A stretch of DNA of 64,000 nucleotides from Clostridia bacterium (GCA_017620915.1 JAFZSK010000011.1:4647-68646); one strand, 5' to 3'. Positions 39,627 to 50,134 are shown, counted from the stretch's first letter. Notes: generated from the letters alone by a model not told the origin. Numbers and translations are program-made.

Positions 39627-42188
39627 TTAGGATTCCTTTTCAAAAACATAAAAACCGCTGCCTAACTTTTCGCAATGATCTCCAAAGTATAAGGTCGCAG
39701 TAACACCAAAAGGAATATTAATATACAGATACGTTTTACCGAAATGTTTTACCCATCTGACTGACAGTTCGCCTTTTATTGTCTGCAATGAAGCGTTTGC
39801 GCTTAATAGTTTTTTGGGGAAATACGGCTTGATGTCAACTGTGTCATACGCCGCCGAAGTGGGTTTGATCCCGCAGATATATGCATAGAACCAATACCCT
39901 ATAGCACCGTACATCGGATGATTATGGGAATTCATCGACGACGTCTTTTTGAATTCAAATCTTTCCCAGACAGTAGTCGCTTCCAGCTGAAGCATATATC
40001 CAAAAGAAGGATATTCCTCTCTTGTTATAACCTCCCATGCATCGTCAATATATCCATATTCGGCAAGCATGTCCATCATATAACGGGTGTTCAGATTCCC
40101 GGTCGTTATACGATAGTCACACTTAACGAGATCATCTCTCAGCTGTGCAGCCGCCAGTTTTCTCTTGTTCTCCGGAATAATACCAAGCCATAACGCAAAG
40201 CTTTGACTCCCCTGAGAACCGGTGCACATTTTACCCGTATTATCGTCCCACCATTTGTCCAAAATGGCTGCTTTTATTCGTTCCGCGAGCTCGCGGTACT
40301 TTATTTCGTCCTCTGTTTTGCCGAGCAACTTTGCGAATCTCGACATTGTCATTGCGTCAAAATAGTAATACCCGCTGGACATAAACAGACCGGGCGTTAC
40401 TATTGACTCGGCACCTTCATCACCGCCGAGACAGGCATATCCGGGGCCGGCCCAGTCGCCGTAATAAGAATAATTAACAAGATAGTTTTCAGAATGATCT
40501 CCGAGACATTTCACCCATCCGGCATACATATCATACGCACGCTGCAATATTTCAAGATTGCCCGTATGGAGATAGCACTGAAGTCCGGCTACGATTGGTG
40601 AAGCGCAAACCGGATCGGCCGGTCTGTTTCCCCACAAATAAGGCGCCGTACAAGTGATAGCACCGTTTTCATCCTGGGTATCTATGACGTCTTGAATGAT
40701 TTTGGGCATCATTCTGCCGATGTCAAAATTATAGGGTGTTTCCTCAAAGCGCACTGTAGCGTCATTCATCCAGCCCATGCGCTCATCTCTTTGCGGACAA
40801 TCGGTAAATAATCCATGAATATTGGATTTTTCCGTTTGAAGAACCAGTTTATGAATACTGTTAACGAGACCACTTCCGCAGAAAAATCTGCTCTCCGACT
40901 GAATATCCGAATACACACTTACGGCGACAATGTCATCCTTATCTAGCATAGATAGCCCGGAAATTTGGGCATATCTGAAGCCGTGATAAGTGAAGAGCGG
41001 CTGCCAGATTTTTAAGTCTCTTTCGTCCCCGGATGCGATGTAAACATCTGTGCTGGCAGCATTACGATATGTCGCCATATACAGCAGGCTGTCTTCATTA
41101 ATAAACTCGGAATGGGTTATTGATATCCGTTGCCCTTTTTTCAGGTTTTCCGGGAGCTTGATTCTGGTGATTCCGGCCATGTTTTGACCGAAGTCAACAA
41201 CATATGTATTCTCGTTCACCTGATTTGTAGTGACCGGTCTATATACTTCCTGCTCAACGATCGGTTCGGCTGTCATTATCCGAGAAACGCCGCCGGGGCT
41301 TTGTACAACACTTACTTTCTCAAAAGATTTTTCGTCACATTCGATACGGTTCCAATCATTTAAAGCATAGTTGGCATCGTATGTTTCGCCGTTAAATATA
41401 TTGTTCTTAACGATTGCTCCGTAGCTCCATTTCCAGGAAGGATCCGTCTCTATCCTGTCAACGGTTCCGTCTTCGTAATAAATATTGAGCAGTGCAGAAA
41501 GTTGCGGAACTCCCGCAAATCTCACTTTTTGATCCGGTCCGGAGCTATTCGCCGGGAAGACTATACCGTTTCTTCTCCAGCCCTCGCCGATCACGATTCC
41601 GATACAGTTTTCCCCCTCGGTGATCTTATCGGCAACCTCCGGTTCCATAACATAATAGCAGTCTTTGGAGTAATCGGAAAATAATGGGTCAAGAACTGTA
41701 TTGCTCACCGCCACGCCATTGATGTACAGCTTATGATAACCTAAGCCGCAGGCATACAACACCGCGCGGCTTATTGTTTTATTGACCGTAAACTTCTTTC
41801 TGAAATATAACGCCTTTTCTTCTTCGGCCGCTTCAGGGGCGATCCAGCGCAAAGACTTGAAATCAGTGCCGGCAACATAAAAATATTCTTCTTTTGAAGT
41901 TCCCCATTCGTCCCGGTTATCTAAAACAGTTATTTCTACATACAGTTTGCAATCGCACGGCAGTTCGACGTTCTCCAATTTATATTCCTGTTTAGCGGAC
42001 TCGATCACGCCGGAATCAAAAACAATATCCTTTCCGTTTTTGATTTTCAATACGAACGCTTTTTGAAAACCGTCCTTATAATCGGCTTTTACAGCCCATG
42101 AAAACACCGGAAGGCTTTCCGTAATACGGTATCGCTCGGTCTTTTTCAAAGGGCTGTAATTCATGTATATTCCAGTAATTTTATTCAT
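39627..42188 (-). CDS. GH78 alpha-L-rhamnosidase
   Basis: DFGQN, FTYHGFRY, TDCPQRDERMGW.ND, GDW, ATTVWE, SHNHPM. Confidence 0.92.
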   Translation of the reverse strand: MNKITGIYMNYSPLKKTERYRITESLPVFSWAVKADYKDGFQKAFVLKIKNGKDIVFDSGVIESAKQEYKLENVELPCDCKLYVEITVLDNRDEWGTSKEEYFYVAGTDFKSLRWIAPEAAEEEKALYFRKKFTVNKTISRAVLYACGLGYHKLYINGVAVSNTVLDPLFSDYSKDCYYVMEPEVADKITEGENCIGIVIGEGWRRNGIVFPANSSGPDQKVRFAGVPQLSALLNIYYEDGTVDRIETDPSWKWSYGAIVKNNIFNGETYDANYALNDWNRIECDEKSFEKVSVVQSPGGVSRIMTAEPIVEQEVYRPVTTNQVNENTYVVDFGQNMAGITRIKLPENLKKGQRISITHSEFINEDSLLYMATYRNAASTDVYIASGDERDLKIWQPLFTYHGFRYAQISGLSMLDKDDIVAVSVYSDIQSESRFFCGSGLVNSIHKLVLQTEKSNIHGLFTDCPQRDERMGWMNDATVRFEETPYNFDIGRMMPKIIQDVIDTQDENGAITCTAPYLWGNRPADPVCASPIVAGLQCYLHTGNLEILQRAYDMYAGWVKCLGDHSENYLVNYSYYGDWAGPGYACLGGDEGAESIVTPGLFMSSGYYYFDAMTMSRFAKLLGKTEDEIKYRELAERIKAAILDKWWDDNTGKMCTGSQGSQSFALWLGIIPENKRKLAAAQLRDDLVKCDYRITTGNLNTRYMMDMLAEYGYIDDAWEVITREEYPSFGYMLQLEATTVWERFEFKKTSSMNSHNHPMYGAIGYWFYAYICGIKPTSAAYDTVDIKPYFPKKLLSANASLQTIKGELSVRWVKHFGKTYLYINIPFGVTATLYFGDHCEKLGSGFYVFEKES

Positions 42189-42233
42189 CTCTATTCTCCA
42201 ATGAAAAGGCAGGTGTCTGTCTCCAACTCGTTT

Positions 42234-44390
42234 TTAATTAACCAGACTGATCAGCGGTGATGCCGTGATATAGCTCGTTGCTCTGCAGCGTACGGACAGT
42301 TCGATGTAGTAATTGACCGCGTCATCGGGCAGGTGCACGGAGACGGTGTCGCCATTGATCTCGCACTTGACATAGTGCCACTCCTGATCGATGGTGTCCT
42401 GACCGCTGAGATGCAGGCGGCCGTTCGGCGAGTAGCTTAGCGGGGCGTCAATGTAGCACACCCGCGCGTTTACTTCCGCGGCGTCGTCAGGCAGTGTTAT
42501 CTGGAACGAAATGTCGCGGCCTTCGCCCGGCAGCGTTTTGAACGTTGCAAGGGGCTCGCCTCCCTTGACGGCCCAGTCAGCGAAACGGTTTATCTCCGGC
42601 CGGCTCCAGCCTTCTATATGCCCGTGGCTCCAGTTCTGGATCACAGAAAGCACACTGCCCTGCACGTCCAGGCAGGACTTGCTGTTGGAGTTGATCGAGA
42701 AACAGTTATCGTTGGCCCAGCACAACCAGAGCACCTTTGTTTTGACCTCTTTCAGTTTCAGCGAAGGCTCCCAGAGTTCGCGCGTGCCCGCGGAATTGAA
42801 ATTGTTCTTCATCCAGGAGTGCGCTTCGTTCAGGTAGCCGCTGCCGTACACAGGAATTGCGAACGCGAAGCGCGGGTCGTAGCCAATGGCTATAGACGTG
42901 ATCACGCCGCCCCAGGAGATGCCGGTCAGTCCGACTTTTTCGGCGTCAACGCGCGAGTCCGCCCGCAGCAGGCTGTTCGCCAGGATCGTCTGCGCCACGG
43001 CGTGGTACATCCACATGCGGTCTACTCTACCTGTGGACGAGTTCATTCCATCGTTGTCCGGAGGCATTATGCGCGGATCGGAGGACAATACGTCTTTCGG
43101 TACGCTCCGGGTCCAGGACGCGGCACCGTAAAAATCAGTGATACCTTGAGCGGCTGGGAAGTAGCCGGTGTTGCCCACCGCGATGGCCGCGTAGCCACGA
43201 TCGTTCCACAGTTTTACCCAATTGGGATACGCGTATCCGCCGCCGCCATGCTGCAGCACGATGGCGGGCACTTTATTGTCCGCGCTCGCGCCTTCGGGGA
43301 AACCGATGTACGCGAATACCTTAGTAGCCTTGCCGCCGAAGCTGACGCCGTCGAGCCAGATCGCTTTCACATTTGGATAGCCTGCAGGATCGTATTCTGG
43401 ACAGTACTGAAACGTGGCTTCTTTGTTCAATAATTCGGAAAACATATAGTCGAGCTCCTCATTTTTGGTGGCAAAGGTCTGCTGATCCGGCTGCTCGCCG
43501 TGCGAGCCGGAGCCGCCCGGTCGGAGTTCTCCCACGGGGCTGTCGGAGATGCACAACGCGTCGAGCATGTACCGATCACCATCGGATACAACATTTGGCC
43601 GCGCGTCGATCTTCAGGTAATTTACTTTGGCAAGATCAGTGATGCCTTCGTAATTGTTCCATGGTATCAGTTCGCTGAGAGGCAACGCTACATATCCTTC
43701 AAAACCATCAGGGATACGGACAGAGGAATCGTCTCCGGCGTCTGATGTGTCGTTGCCCGTGTCGCATTCTATCACTTCGCCGCTCACATCTGTGACGATC
43801 GCGTTGGAGGTGTCAATATAGCTCCGCTTACTTCCGCCGCCCGTGCCGAGGCAGAAAGTAAGACCTACGCTGGTGATATCAGGTGTAACGACCCAGATCC
43901 GCAGGTAGTACTCCGGCCGTGCTTCTTTAAATACATTCAGCCGCTTGCCCGTGAGTTCAAACGCCTGGCACCAGGTGGACGCAGAAAGTGTGTTGACCAA
44001 CGCAAGCCCTTCCTGGGCGTACTCCTCCTCAAAAGAGAACTCCGGATGCGTGATGCCGAAATAACTGAGGTCGAGGGGGCCAAGTTCCTTTATTGGATCT
44101 GAGATCCCGTTAAAGTCTTCGATCGTCAGCGTGACCGTGGAAGGATCAGGCACCGGTGTCGGTTTCGGCGTCGGAGTCAAAGTCGGAGTCGGAGTAGACT
44201 CTGCTGTAGCCGTTGCTATGTCGGTAGCTGTTGCCGTGTTGATTACTTCAGCGGTATTATTTGACACGGGATCTATCCCCGTACTGCAACCGAAAAGCGC
44301 TGCCGGCAGCATAAGCACGGCCACTAGCGCGGATAGTCTTCTGCACGCTCTGTTCCGTCTTTTAGATCTTTCTCCTGTCAACTTATTCAT
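42234..44390 (-). CDS. Lipoprotein with a C-terminal alpha/beta-hydrolase (acetylxylan-esterase-like) domain
   Basis: Lipobox LFGC, PT linker, PAIVLQHGGGG, nucleophile GISWGG. The start codon is uncertain. Confidence 0.75.
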   Translation of the reverse strand: MNKLTGERSKRRNRACRRLSALVAVLMLPAALFGCSTGIDPVSNNTAEVINTATATDIATATAESTPTPTLTPTPKPTPVPDPSTVTLTIEDFNGISDPIKELGPLDLSYFGITHPEFSFEEEYAQEGLALVNTLSASTWCQAFELTGKRLNVFKEARPEYYLRIWVVTPDITSVGLTFCLGTGGGSKRSYIDTSNAIVTDVSGEVIECDTGNDTSDAGDDSSVRIPDGFEGYVALPLSELIPWNNYEGITDLAKVNYLKIDARPNVVSDGDRYMLDALCISDSPVGELRPGGSGSHGEQPDQQTFATKNEELDYMFSELLNKEATFQYCPEYDPAGYPNVKAIWLDGVSFGGKATKVFAYIGFPEGASADNKVPAIVLQHGGGGYAYPNWVKLWNDRGYAAIAVGNTGYFPAAQGITDFYGAASWTRSVPKDVLSSDPRIMPPDNDGMNSSTGRVDRMWMYHAVAQTILANSLLRADSRVDAEKVGLTGISWGGVITSIAIGYDPRFAFAIPVYGSGYLNEAHSWMKNNFNSAGTRELWEPSLKLKEVKTKVLWLCWANDNCFSINSNSKSCLDVQGSVLSVIQNWSHGHIEGWSRPEINRFADWAVKGGEPLATFKTLPGEGRDISFQITLPDDAAEVNARVCYIDAPLSYSPNGRLHLSGQDTIDQEWHYVKCEINGDTVSVHLPDDAVNYYIELSVRCRATSYITASPLISLVN

Positions 44391-44515
44391 TCCATGTTCC
44401 TCCGTAAGGTCCATCTTCGACTGCGATGCCAATTTAGAAGCATACAGCTATGATATAGAGCAATGGCCGCGATCCGTTTTTAAAGATCGCGACCTTTGCG
44501 GTTCTGTCCTATTAT

Positions 44516-46195
44516 TTATGCTTTCTTCTTTTTCTTTGATGCAGCAGCGACTGCAACTATAATTGCCGCCACAACAACCACGCCGCCGATGATCACGGGA
44601 ATCAGCCAGCCGTTGTTCTTCTTGGGAGCAGGCTCCTCTGATTTGGAATCATCTGTTGTCTTCGGCTCCTCGGTAACGACCGGTGCGTCCGTAGGTGCCT
44701 CGGTAGGTTCCGCCGTGGGAACTTCTGTAGGTACTTCGGTGGGAGCCTCAGTTGGGGCCTCTGTCGATTTCGGCGCGATCTCCGGCAACTCCTGCGTGCA
44801 TATATACATATCGTGGACCGTCACTAAGAAGAAAGACGGTTCATCACCGTTCACATCGAAGCCTACTGCCGTGAAAACCGGATCGTCGTTGGTGAAGATC
44901 GGTGTTGACCAATCTCCGTGATCGCAGAAGATCGATGACGGCATGAACAGGTAGCCGTCGAAGCCCTCGGGTATGCCGTAGCCGTAGCGGCCGTTATTTT
45001 GCGAGGTCTCTGCAGCGGGCTCGTCGATTACGCTGACCGTGCCGTCAAGCCCGACCAGATACAGTTCCAGATCCATCTCACCGCCCATGTAGGCATGTTC
45101 GTAGCCAGGTGTATCAGGCTGGAAACAGAACCAGACTTCGCCGTCGCTCTTGTTGGTCAATGAGAGGACAACATACTTCGCCCCGGTAAGTGTTCCGGCG
45201 GCTTTAAGCATCGGCGCGGTAATACCGTAGCGGTCAACGCAGCTCGCAGCATACTCCTCGCTCAGAATTACATCACCATCTATGATCTCGCATACGCCGT
45301 AGTCCCACGGACTGACAACGGAATCATTAAAATTCTCTACCAGCTTGATCTGCACTTGTTTGTCTCCGTATTTGATGTCGGAGATTACCTCTTCGGGGGT
45401 CGACGTGGGTGCTTCAGTCGGAACCGTCGTGGGCGCTTCAGTCGGAACCGTATCGCCCGAGTCGCCGTTGATCAAATATTCAGATATTAAAACCTTTAAC
45501 GGCTTTCCCCAAGAAGATTCTACGCTTTGGTCAATTTCAGGAGTTAAGAGCAAGAAGCAGGCTTCGGGGTTAAACGACGCTGACAAATCATCAAAATTAA
45601 CGGTAAAAGAGTCAATATTTGTTCCGTCTTTATCGAGGTATACTTTAACTGTTGAAGCCGTATCATTATAGTCCGATATTCTGACAGAGTAAGTATGTGT
45701 AAGATAATCTGTGCCGTCAACAATTGTGTATCTGCCGTTGCCTATATTTGCAGCATCACCTGCTCTTGAATGTACAGTTGTATCAGCAACCAATGCGGTT
45801 TGAGTATCTTTAAAAAGGATTCTGAACCCATCGCCATATCCGCTTAATGGATAGTCATCATCTGTAGCCATAAAGCTTAAACTAAAACCGCCGCCAATTC
45901 CCATTTCTATAATTTGGAATGAGATTTTAGTATCTATTGTAATATCAATAGGTTCAGAATATGCTCTTGATTGCTGTGGCTGTCTATCTTTTACCATAAA
46001 TATCATTTCTTCGCCGGATGAATTTACAGTAGTGTTGACCCTGCCCTTTTGAGCATCCCACTTACCGGAAACGAAATGTGAATCTTCATCAAAAGTATAT
46101 TCGCTCTCTTCAGCGAAAGCGATTCTGATGTTACATAATGTTAGACATGCGACTAATATGGCTAACAAGGGAACAAGTAGTTTTCTGCGTTTCAT
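44516..46195 (-). CDS. Secreted protein with a C-terminal membrane anchor, unknown function
   Basis: AAGGAGG RBS, signal peptide, TEAP linkers, C-terminal TM and KKKK tail. Confidence 0.78.
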   Translation of the reverse strand: MKRRKLLVPLLAILVACLTLCNIRIAFAEESEYTFDEDSHFVSGKWDAQKGRVNTTVNSSGEEMIFMVKDRQPQQSRAYSEPIDITIDTKISFQIIEMGIGGGFSLSFMATDDDYPLSGYGDGFRILFKDTQTALVADTTVHSRAGDAANIGNGRYTIVDGTDYLTHTYSVRISDYNDTASTVKVYLDKDGTNIDSFTVNFDDLSASFNPEACFLLLTPEIDQSVESSWGKPLKVLISEYLINGDSGDTVPTEAPTTVPTEAPTSTPEEVISDIKYGDKQVQIKLVENFNDSVVSPWDYGVCEIIDGDVILSEEYAASCVDRYGITAPMLKAAGTLTGAKYVVLSLTNKSDGEVWFCFQPDTPGYEHAYMGGEMDLELYLVGLDGTVSVIDEPAAETSQNNGRYGYGIPEGFDGYLFMPSSIFCDHGDWSTPIFTNDDPVFTAVGFDVNGDEPSFFLVTVHDMYICTQELPEIAPKSTEAPTEAPTEVPTEVPTAEPTEAPTDAPVVTEEPKTTDDSKSEEPAPKKNNGWLIPVIIGGVVVVAAIIVAVAAASKKKKKA

Positions 46196-46211
46196 AATTA
46201 TCCTCCTTCAT

Positions 46212-46356
46212 AAACATTACAATGTTTCAAAACATTGTAATATTTAATGTTTATTCTATTATATCAAACGGCGAAAGCAATGTCAACAGCTTAAAATCGG
46301 CTTTTTTTACATAAATATGGTTGATTTTGGGCGAAAATATAAACATTGTAATATTA
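46212..46356 (-). promoter_or_regulatory. Consensus promoter with three operator copies
   Basis: TTGACA (46286-46281)-17 nt-TATAAT (46263-46258). Operators AAACATTACAATGTTT (46212), AAACATTGTAATATTT (46230) and AAACATTGTAATATTA (46341). Confidence 0.75.
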
Positions 46357-46614
46357 TTATTTTTGCACTTCTTATTCCTTGCCCGGTCTGTCTCTCCTCG
46401 CAGAAGCATCTTTTGGCTCCCGGATAATCTCAGATCGGTTAAAAAATAGGAATAATAGGATAATAAGTTAGTAATAATAAGATAATATGCCAATTTGTTG
46501 ACATAAAGGAGGATGACGTTTATAATAACAACCGAGATGCTGATAAAACAAATGTTTAAGCACTCAAAAACCGAGGAATCGGGCAAAATCATTTTTTTAT
46601 TATGCGAGGTTGTT

Positions 46615-47724
46615 ATGGCAAAATATCACGAAATATATATGGCTATCTCAAGAGATATTGACAATAAGATTCTGACTCCGGGCGATCTGCTGCCCACGGA
46701 ACAGGAGTATGCTGAAAAGTATAACGTAAGCATAACCACCGTTCGGCACGCATTGGACATGCTCGTAAACGAAAACAAAATAACCAGAACGGCTGGAAAA
46801 GGAAGTTTTGTAAAAGATTCTCAAATCATAACTGAAAAGAAAAAAATCGGTCTTGTAATGCCTACCAGTTCAGAATTTTTCGGCAGGAAGATTTCTAAGG
46901 GGATCCAGTCCTTCTGCAAAGAAAACAACCTTATACCTATTATATCCAGTACTTATAAGACACAATCCGAAGAAGCGGAAGAGCTGCAATATATGCTTTC
47001 GCTGGGTATTTCGGGCATCATCATTATGCCAATGAACGGCGAACTGTATAATTCCGCCTTTACTTCCGAAAGCCTTCAAAATATGCCGCTTGTTATGGTC
47101 GACCGCTATCTTCCCGGTTTACCTTATACCTATGTTTGCACAGATAATTTCAATGCTTCTAAAGATCTGGTGAACTATCTGTTTGCTAAAGGACACAGTA
47201 AAATCGCTTTTATCGGTTCATTCATTTCCAACACCGCACTGGAAGAACGAATCAAAGGTTTTATGTACGCATTTGCCCACAGCGAAGACCGTGCTTATCA
47301 CGAAAAGTATGTTTGCAGAAAATTAAACTCTTCTGACACCAATCAGCTGTATGACAACATTGCCATGTTAACAGATCTGTTTACCACTTATAACGAAATA
47401 ACTGCTGCCGTTGCTGAAAACTACGAATGTGCCAACCTGATTCAACTCGCTTTAAAAATGTGCGGCAAGGATCTGAGCAATTTTGAGATCGTGTGTTTTG
47501 ACGGTGGGACCAACAGCGCGCTTGAATTATTAAACGGCTCATTTTATACGCACATCCTGCAGGATGAATATACGATCGGATATAAAGCTGCCGAACTGCT
47601 TTTACAGCAAATCAATAATCCCAAGGAAAGCATTCCGCATGTTACCGTTCCCTATCAGCTGATTAAAAAAGAAGATGTCGAACAGACCGTATCTGCTTTT
47701 TTAAAAAACGGTGAATTGAAATGA
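46615..47724 (+). CDS. GntR-HTH/LacI-sensor hybrid repressor (AraR-like)
   Basis: LPTEQE..YNVSITTVRHAL..GKGSFV plus a periplasmic-binding-fold domain (VMVDR, TDNF, GHSKIAF). Confidence 0.88.
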   Translation: MAKYHEIYMAISRDIDNKILTPGDLLPTEQEYAEKYNVSITTVRHALDMLVNENKITRTAGKGSFVKDSQIITEKKKIGLVMPTSSEFFGRKISKGIQSFCKENNLIPIISSTYKTQSEEAEELQYMLSLGISGIIIMPMNGELYNSAFTSESLQNMPLVMVDRYLPGLPYTYVCTDNFNASKDLVNYLFAKGHSKIAFIGSFISNTALEERIKGFMYAFAHSEDRAYHEKYVCRKLNSSDTNQLYDNIAMLTDLFTTYNEITAAVAENYECANLIQLALKMCGKDLSNFEIVCFDGGTNSALELLNGSFYTHILQDEYTIGYKAAELLLQQINNPKESIPHVTVPYQLIKKEDVEQTVSAFLKNGELK

Positions 47725-48866
47725 AAGTAGCAGTTGCTATTGACTCTTTCAAGGGGAGTCTGTCTTCCGTACAGGCCGGCGAAGCCGTTCGAAAAGCCAT
47801 ATTAAGAGTTGACCCTGACGCAACAGTATACGTGCTGCCCCTGGCAGACGGAGGCGAAGGAACCGTGGAGGCACTTTGCTCCGGGTCAGGCGGGCAAATT
47901 GTTGTCACACAGGTTACCGGGCCGTTGGGAGCGCCGGTGACAGCCCGATTCGGAATTTTGCCGGATAAAGTTACGGCTGTGATCGAGATGGCGTCAGCTG
48001 CGGGAATTACCCTGGTGCCTTCAGAAATGCGAGACCCTATGGTCACCACTACTTATGGAGTGGGTGAATTGATTCGGGAGGCAATTCACCGCGGTTGCCG
48101 CCGCTTTCTGATAGGCATTGGCGGAAGCGCCACCAACGACGGCGGTGTTGGAATGCTGCAGGCACTTGGGTTTGATTTTACAGACGAGGAAGGACGATCC
48201 ATCACGTTTGGAGCTGCCGGTTTGGAAAAGCTGCACAGTATATCAAATAAAAATGCATTGCCCGCGCTGCAAAATTGCCAGTTTCGCATTGCCTGCGACG
48301 TAGGCAATCCATTGTGCGGCAAGAACGGCTGCAGTGCAGTATTCAGTCTCCAAAAAGGAGCCTCGCCGGGAGACGTTCCCAAAATGGACAAGTGGTTGTC
48401 CAACTATGCCGCCATAGCATCAGCAATAAATCCAGATGCAGATCCTGACGCACCCGGAGCGGGGGCTGCCGGAGGATCAGGCTTCGCATTCATGACTTTT
48501 ACCAACGCAAAACTGGAATCCGGCGTGCAGCTCGTTATTAATGAGGCCAATTTAGAAGAGTATATCCGAGAAGCGGATATCGTGGTCACCGGCGAGGGAC
48601 GCCTTGACGGACAAACCGTTATGGGAAAGGCGCCTGTTGGAATCGCTTCCCTTGCAAAGAAATACGGCAAACGCGTCATTGCCTTCTCCGGCTGTGTTTC
48701 GGATGACGCTATCTTATGTAACGATTACGGGATCGATGCCTTTTTCCCGATCCTGCGAAACATCTGCACTCTCGAGGAGGCTCTTGACTCGGAATATGCA
48801 GCGCACAATTTAGCGGAAACCGCATACCAGGTGTTCAGGCTTTTGAACAGTAATAGTAAGAAATAA
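47721..48866 (+). CDS. glxK: Glycerate kinase
   Basis: DSFKGSL, PLADGGEGT, GGSATNDGG, GAGAAGG, TGEGRLDGQT..GK. Confidence 0.92.
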   Translation: MKVAVAIDSFKGSLSSVQAGEAVRKAILRVDPDATVYVLPLADGGEGTVEALCSGSGGQIVVTQVTGPLGAPVTARFGILPDKVTAVIEMASAAGITLVPSEMRDPMVTTTYGVGELIREAIHRGCRRFLIGIGGSATNDGGVGMLQALGFDFTDEEGRSITFGAAGLEKLHSISNKNALPALQNCQFRIACDVGNPLCGKNGCSAVFSLQKGASPGDVPKMDKWLSNYAAIASAINPDADPDAPGAGAAGGSGFAFMTFTNAKLESGVQLVINEANLEEYIREADIVVTGEGRLDGQTVMGKAPVGIASLAKKYGKRVIAFSGCVSDDAILCNDYGIDAFFPILRNICTLEEALDSEYAAHNLAETAYQVFRLLNSNSKK

Positions 48867-49035
48867 GATACTCCGTGATCGCTCGCAAAGGCAAACATAC
48901 GCAACTCATTCCGCTTTTATATTCCGCTTCGAACAAAAACCGATTAATAACGCATAAAAAAGCAAGAAAGAAGGCGTTGATATTAAACTAACGGGTAGCG
49001 AATTCAGGCAGTACGTCCATATCTCCACTCGGAAG

Positions 49036-49527
49036 ATGAAGTACCTAATGGATAACAACATTGTCCCGCACTTGAATACAGGCCAGACAACACACAAGTA
49101 CGACATAAAGAAATCCGATGCGGACGAGTTCCTTCGTAAAGTAAAGTGCGATCCATCTTTTATGGCAGAAAGCAAAGGGCTGTTCTCGTCTCGATATGAA
49201 CACCCAAAACGTTTCGAACCGCTTAGTGCCGATAAAGAGCGAGAAACGAAGCGAGACCTTAATGAGAAGTATTCACATGCTGTGTCATATTTTACTTACT
49301 TATGGCGAGATCAACCCGATATACTCCGCGCAACAGCTGCGGCGGATCTCATCGGAGCCAATCGCCAATATATTCGGCGTAAACAAGAATCAGATGAATT
49401 GAATGTAGTAATGATCAAGGGAACATTAATGTTATCCAAGCGTGAACTGATCCGGTTTGTCTGTACGAAGAAACATATCTTCAATCCGCCGACTATTAAA
49501 CTGAAAGAGCTAATCGCTCAGATTTAG
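49036..49527 (+). CDS. Excisionase-like helix-turn-helix protein of mobile elements
   Basis: The in-frame upstream sequence reads ..YVHISTRKMKYLMDNNIVP..TG..THKYDI, so the true start may be earlier. A second HTH-like segment (PDILRA..AADLIG) follows. Confidence 0.6.
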   Translation: MKYLMDNNIVPHLNTGQTTHKYDIKKSDADEFLRKVKCDPSFMAESKGLFSSRYEHPKRFEPLSADKERETKRDLNEKYSHAVSYFTYLWRDQPDILRATAAADLIGANRQYIRRKQESDELNVVMIKGTLMLSKRELIRFVCTKKHIFNPPTIKLKELIAQI

Positions 49528-49571
49528 AAATCTACCTCGAAAAAATAGCGGTTACTTCGTAGGTATAAAAA

Positions 49572-49599
49572 CGGACTTGGCTAGAATTAGTCAAGTCCG
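49572..49599. terminator. Hairpin between convergent genes
   Basis: CGGACTTGGCTA-GAAT-TAGTCAAGTCCG. Confidence 0.5.
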
Positions 49600-49627
49600 A
49601 AACAGTTGTTGCGAAAAAGAATCATCT

Positions 49628-49647
49628 CGACAAACCGGAATTTGTCG
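49628..49647 (+). repeat. Putative recombination site, orientation A (perfect arms)
   Basis: CGACAAA-CCGGAA-TTTGTCG. Confidence 0.78.
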
Positions 49648-49670
49648 TTCAAATACTCCGGTTTTTGCAA

Positions 49671-50072
49671 CTAAGAAACCAATTCTTCAAAGCGGCTTGC
49701 TTCCTCGTAAGTCATTTTATACCACGAACCGTTTTCGGTCTTAATGAACATGTTTCCAAAGTGATATATCGTAAGGCTGGTTCCGTCTTCATATTCCAGA
49801 GTAATGACCCATGTCATTCCATCATAATCAGCCGGATTCTCAGGATAATCATCGATTAAATGCAATTGTGAAATATAGTCAATAATGGATTGCGCCCTAT
49901 CTCCGGTGAAGGAATAGCTGTGGCCTTCAGGCCGCGATGATACAGATATCTTTCGAACAGGGCCTTCCTTAAGCAAAGTTCCGCCTTTTGCGACAGTGAT
50001 CGAGCATGCAGTCATTGTAAGCAAGCATAAAGCAATCATAACCACAACCACTAATTTACTAATCCGTCTCAT
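49671..50072 (-). CDS. Small lipoprotein flanked by inverted sites
   Basis: GAGGAG RBS and lipobox MTAC. Confidence 0.75.
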   Translation of the reverse strand: MRRISKLVVVVMIALCLLTMTACSITVAKGGTLLKEGPVRKISVSSRPEGHSYSFTGDRAQSIIDYISQLHLIDDYPENPADYDGMTWVITLEYEDGTSLTIYHFGNMFIKTENGSWYKMTYEEASRFEELVS

Positions 50073-50101
50073 ATAGAAATCTCCTCGTTCAGATAACTAC
50101 T

Positions 50102-50121
50102 CGGCAAATCCCAGTTTGTCG
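50102..50121 (-). repeat. Putative recombination site, orientation B
   Basis: CGGCAAA-TCCCAG-TTTGTCG. Confidence 0.78.
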
Positions 50122-50134
50122 AGATCTTTTACTT

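Noticed and set aside
44690-44765. TEAP/TEVP repeats (similar linkers at 12840, 14650 and 44150)
   Set aside because: Ordinary low-complexity linkers of surface proteins.
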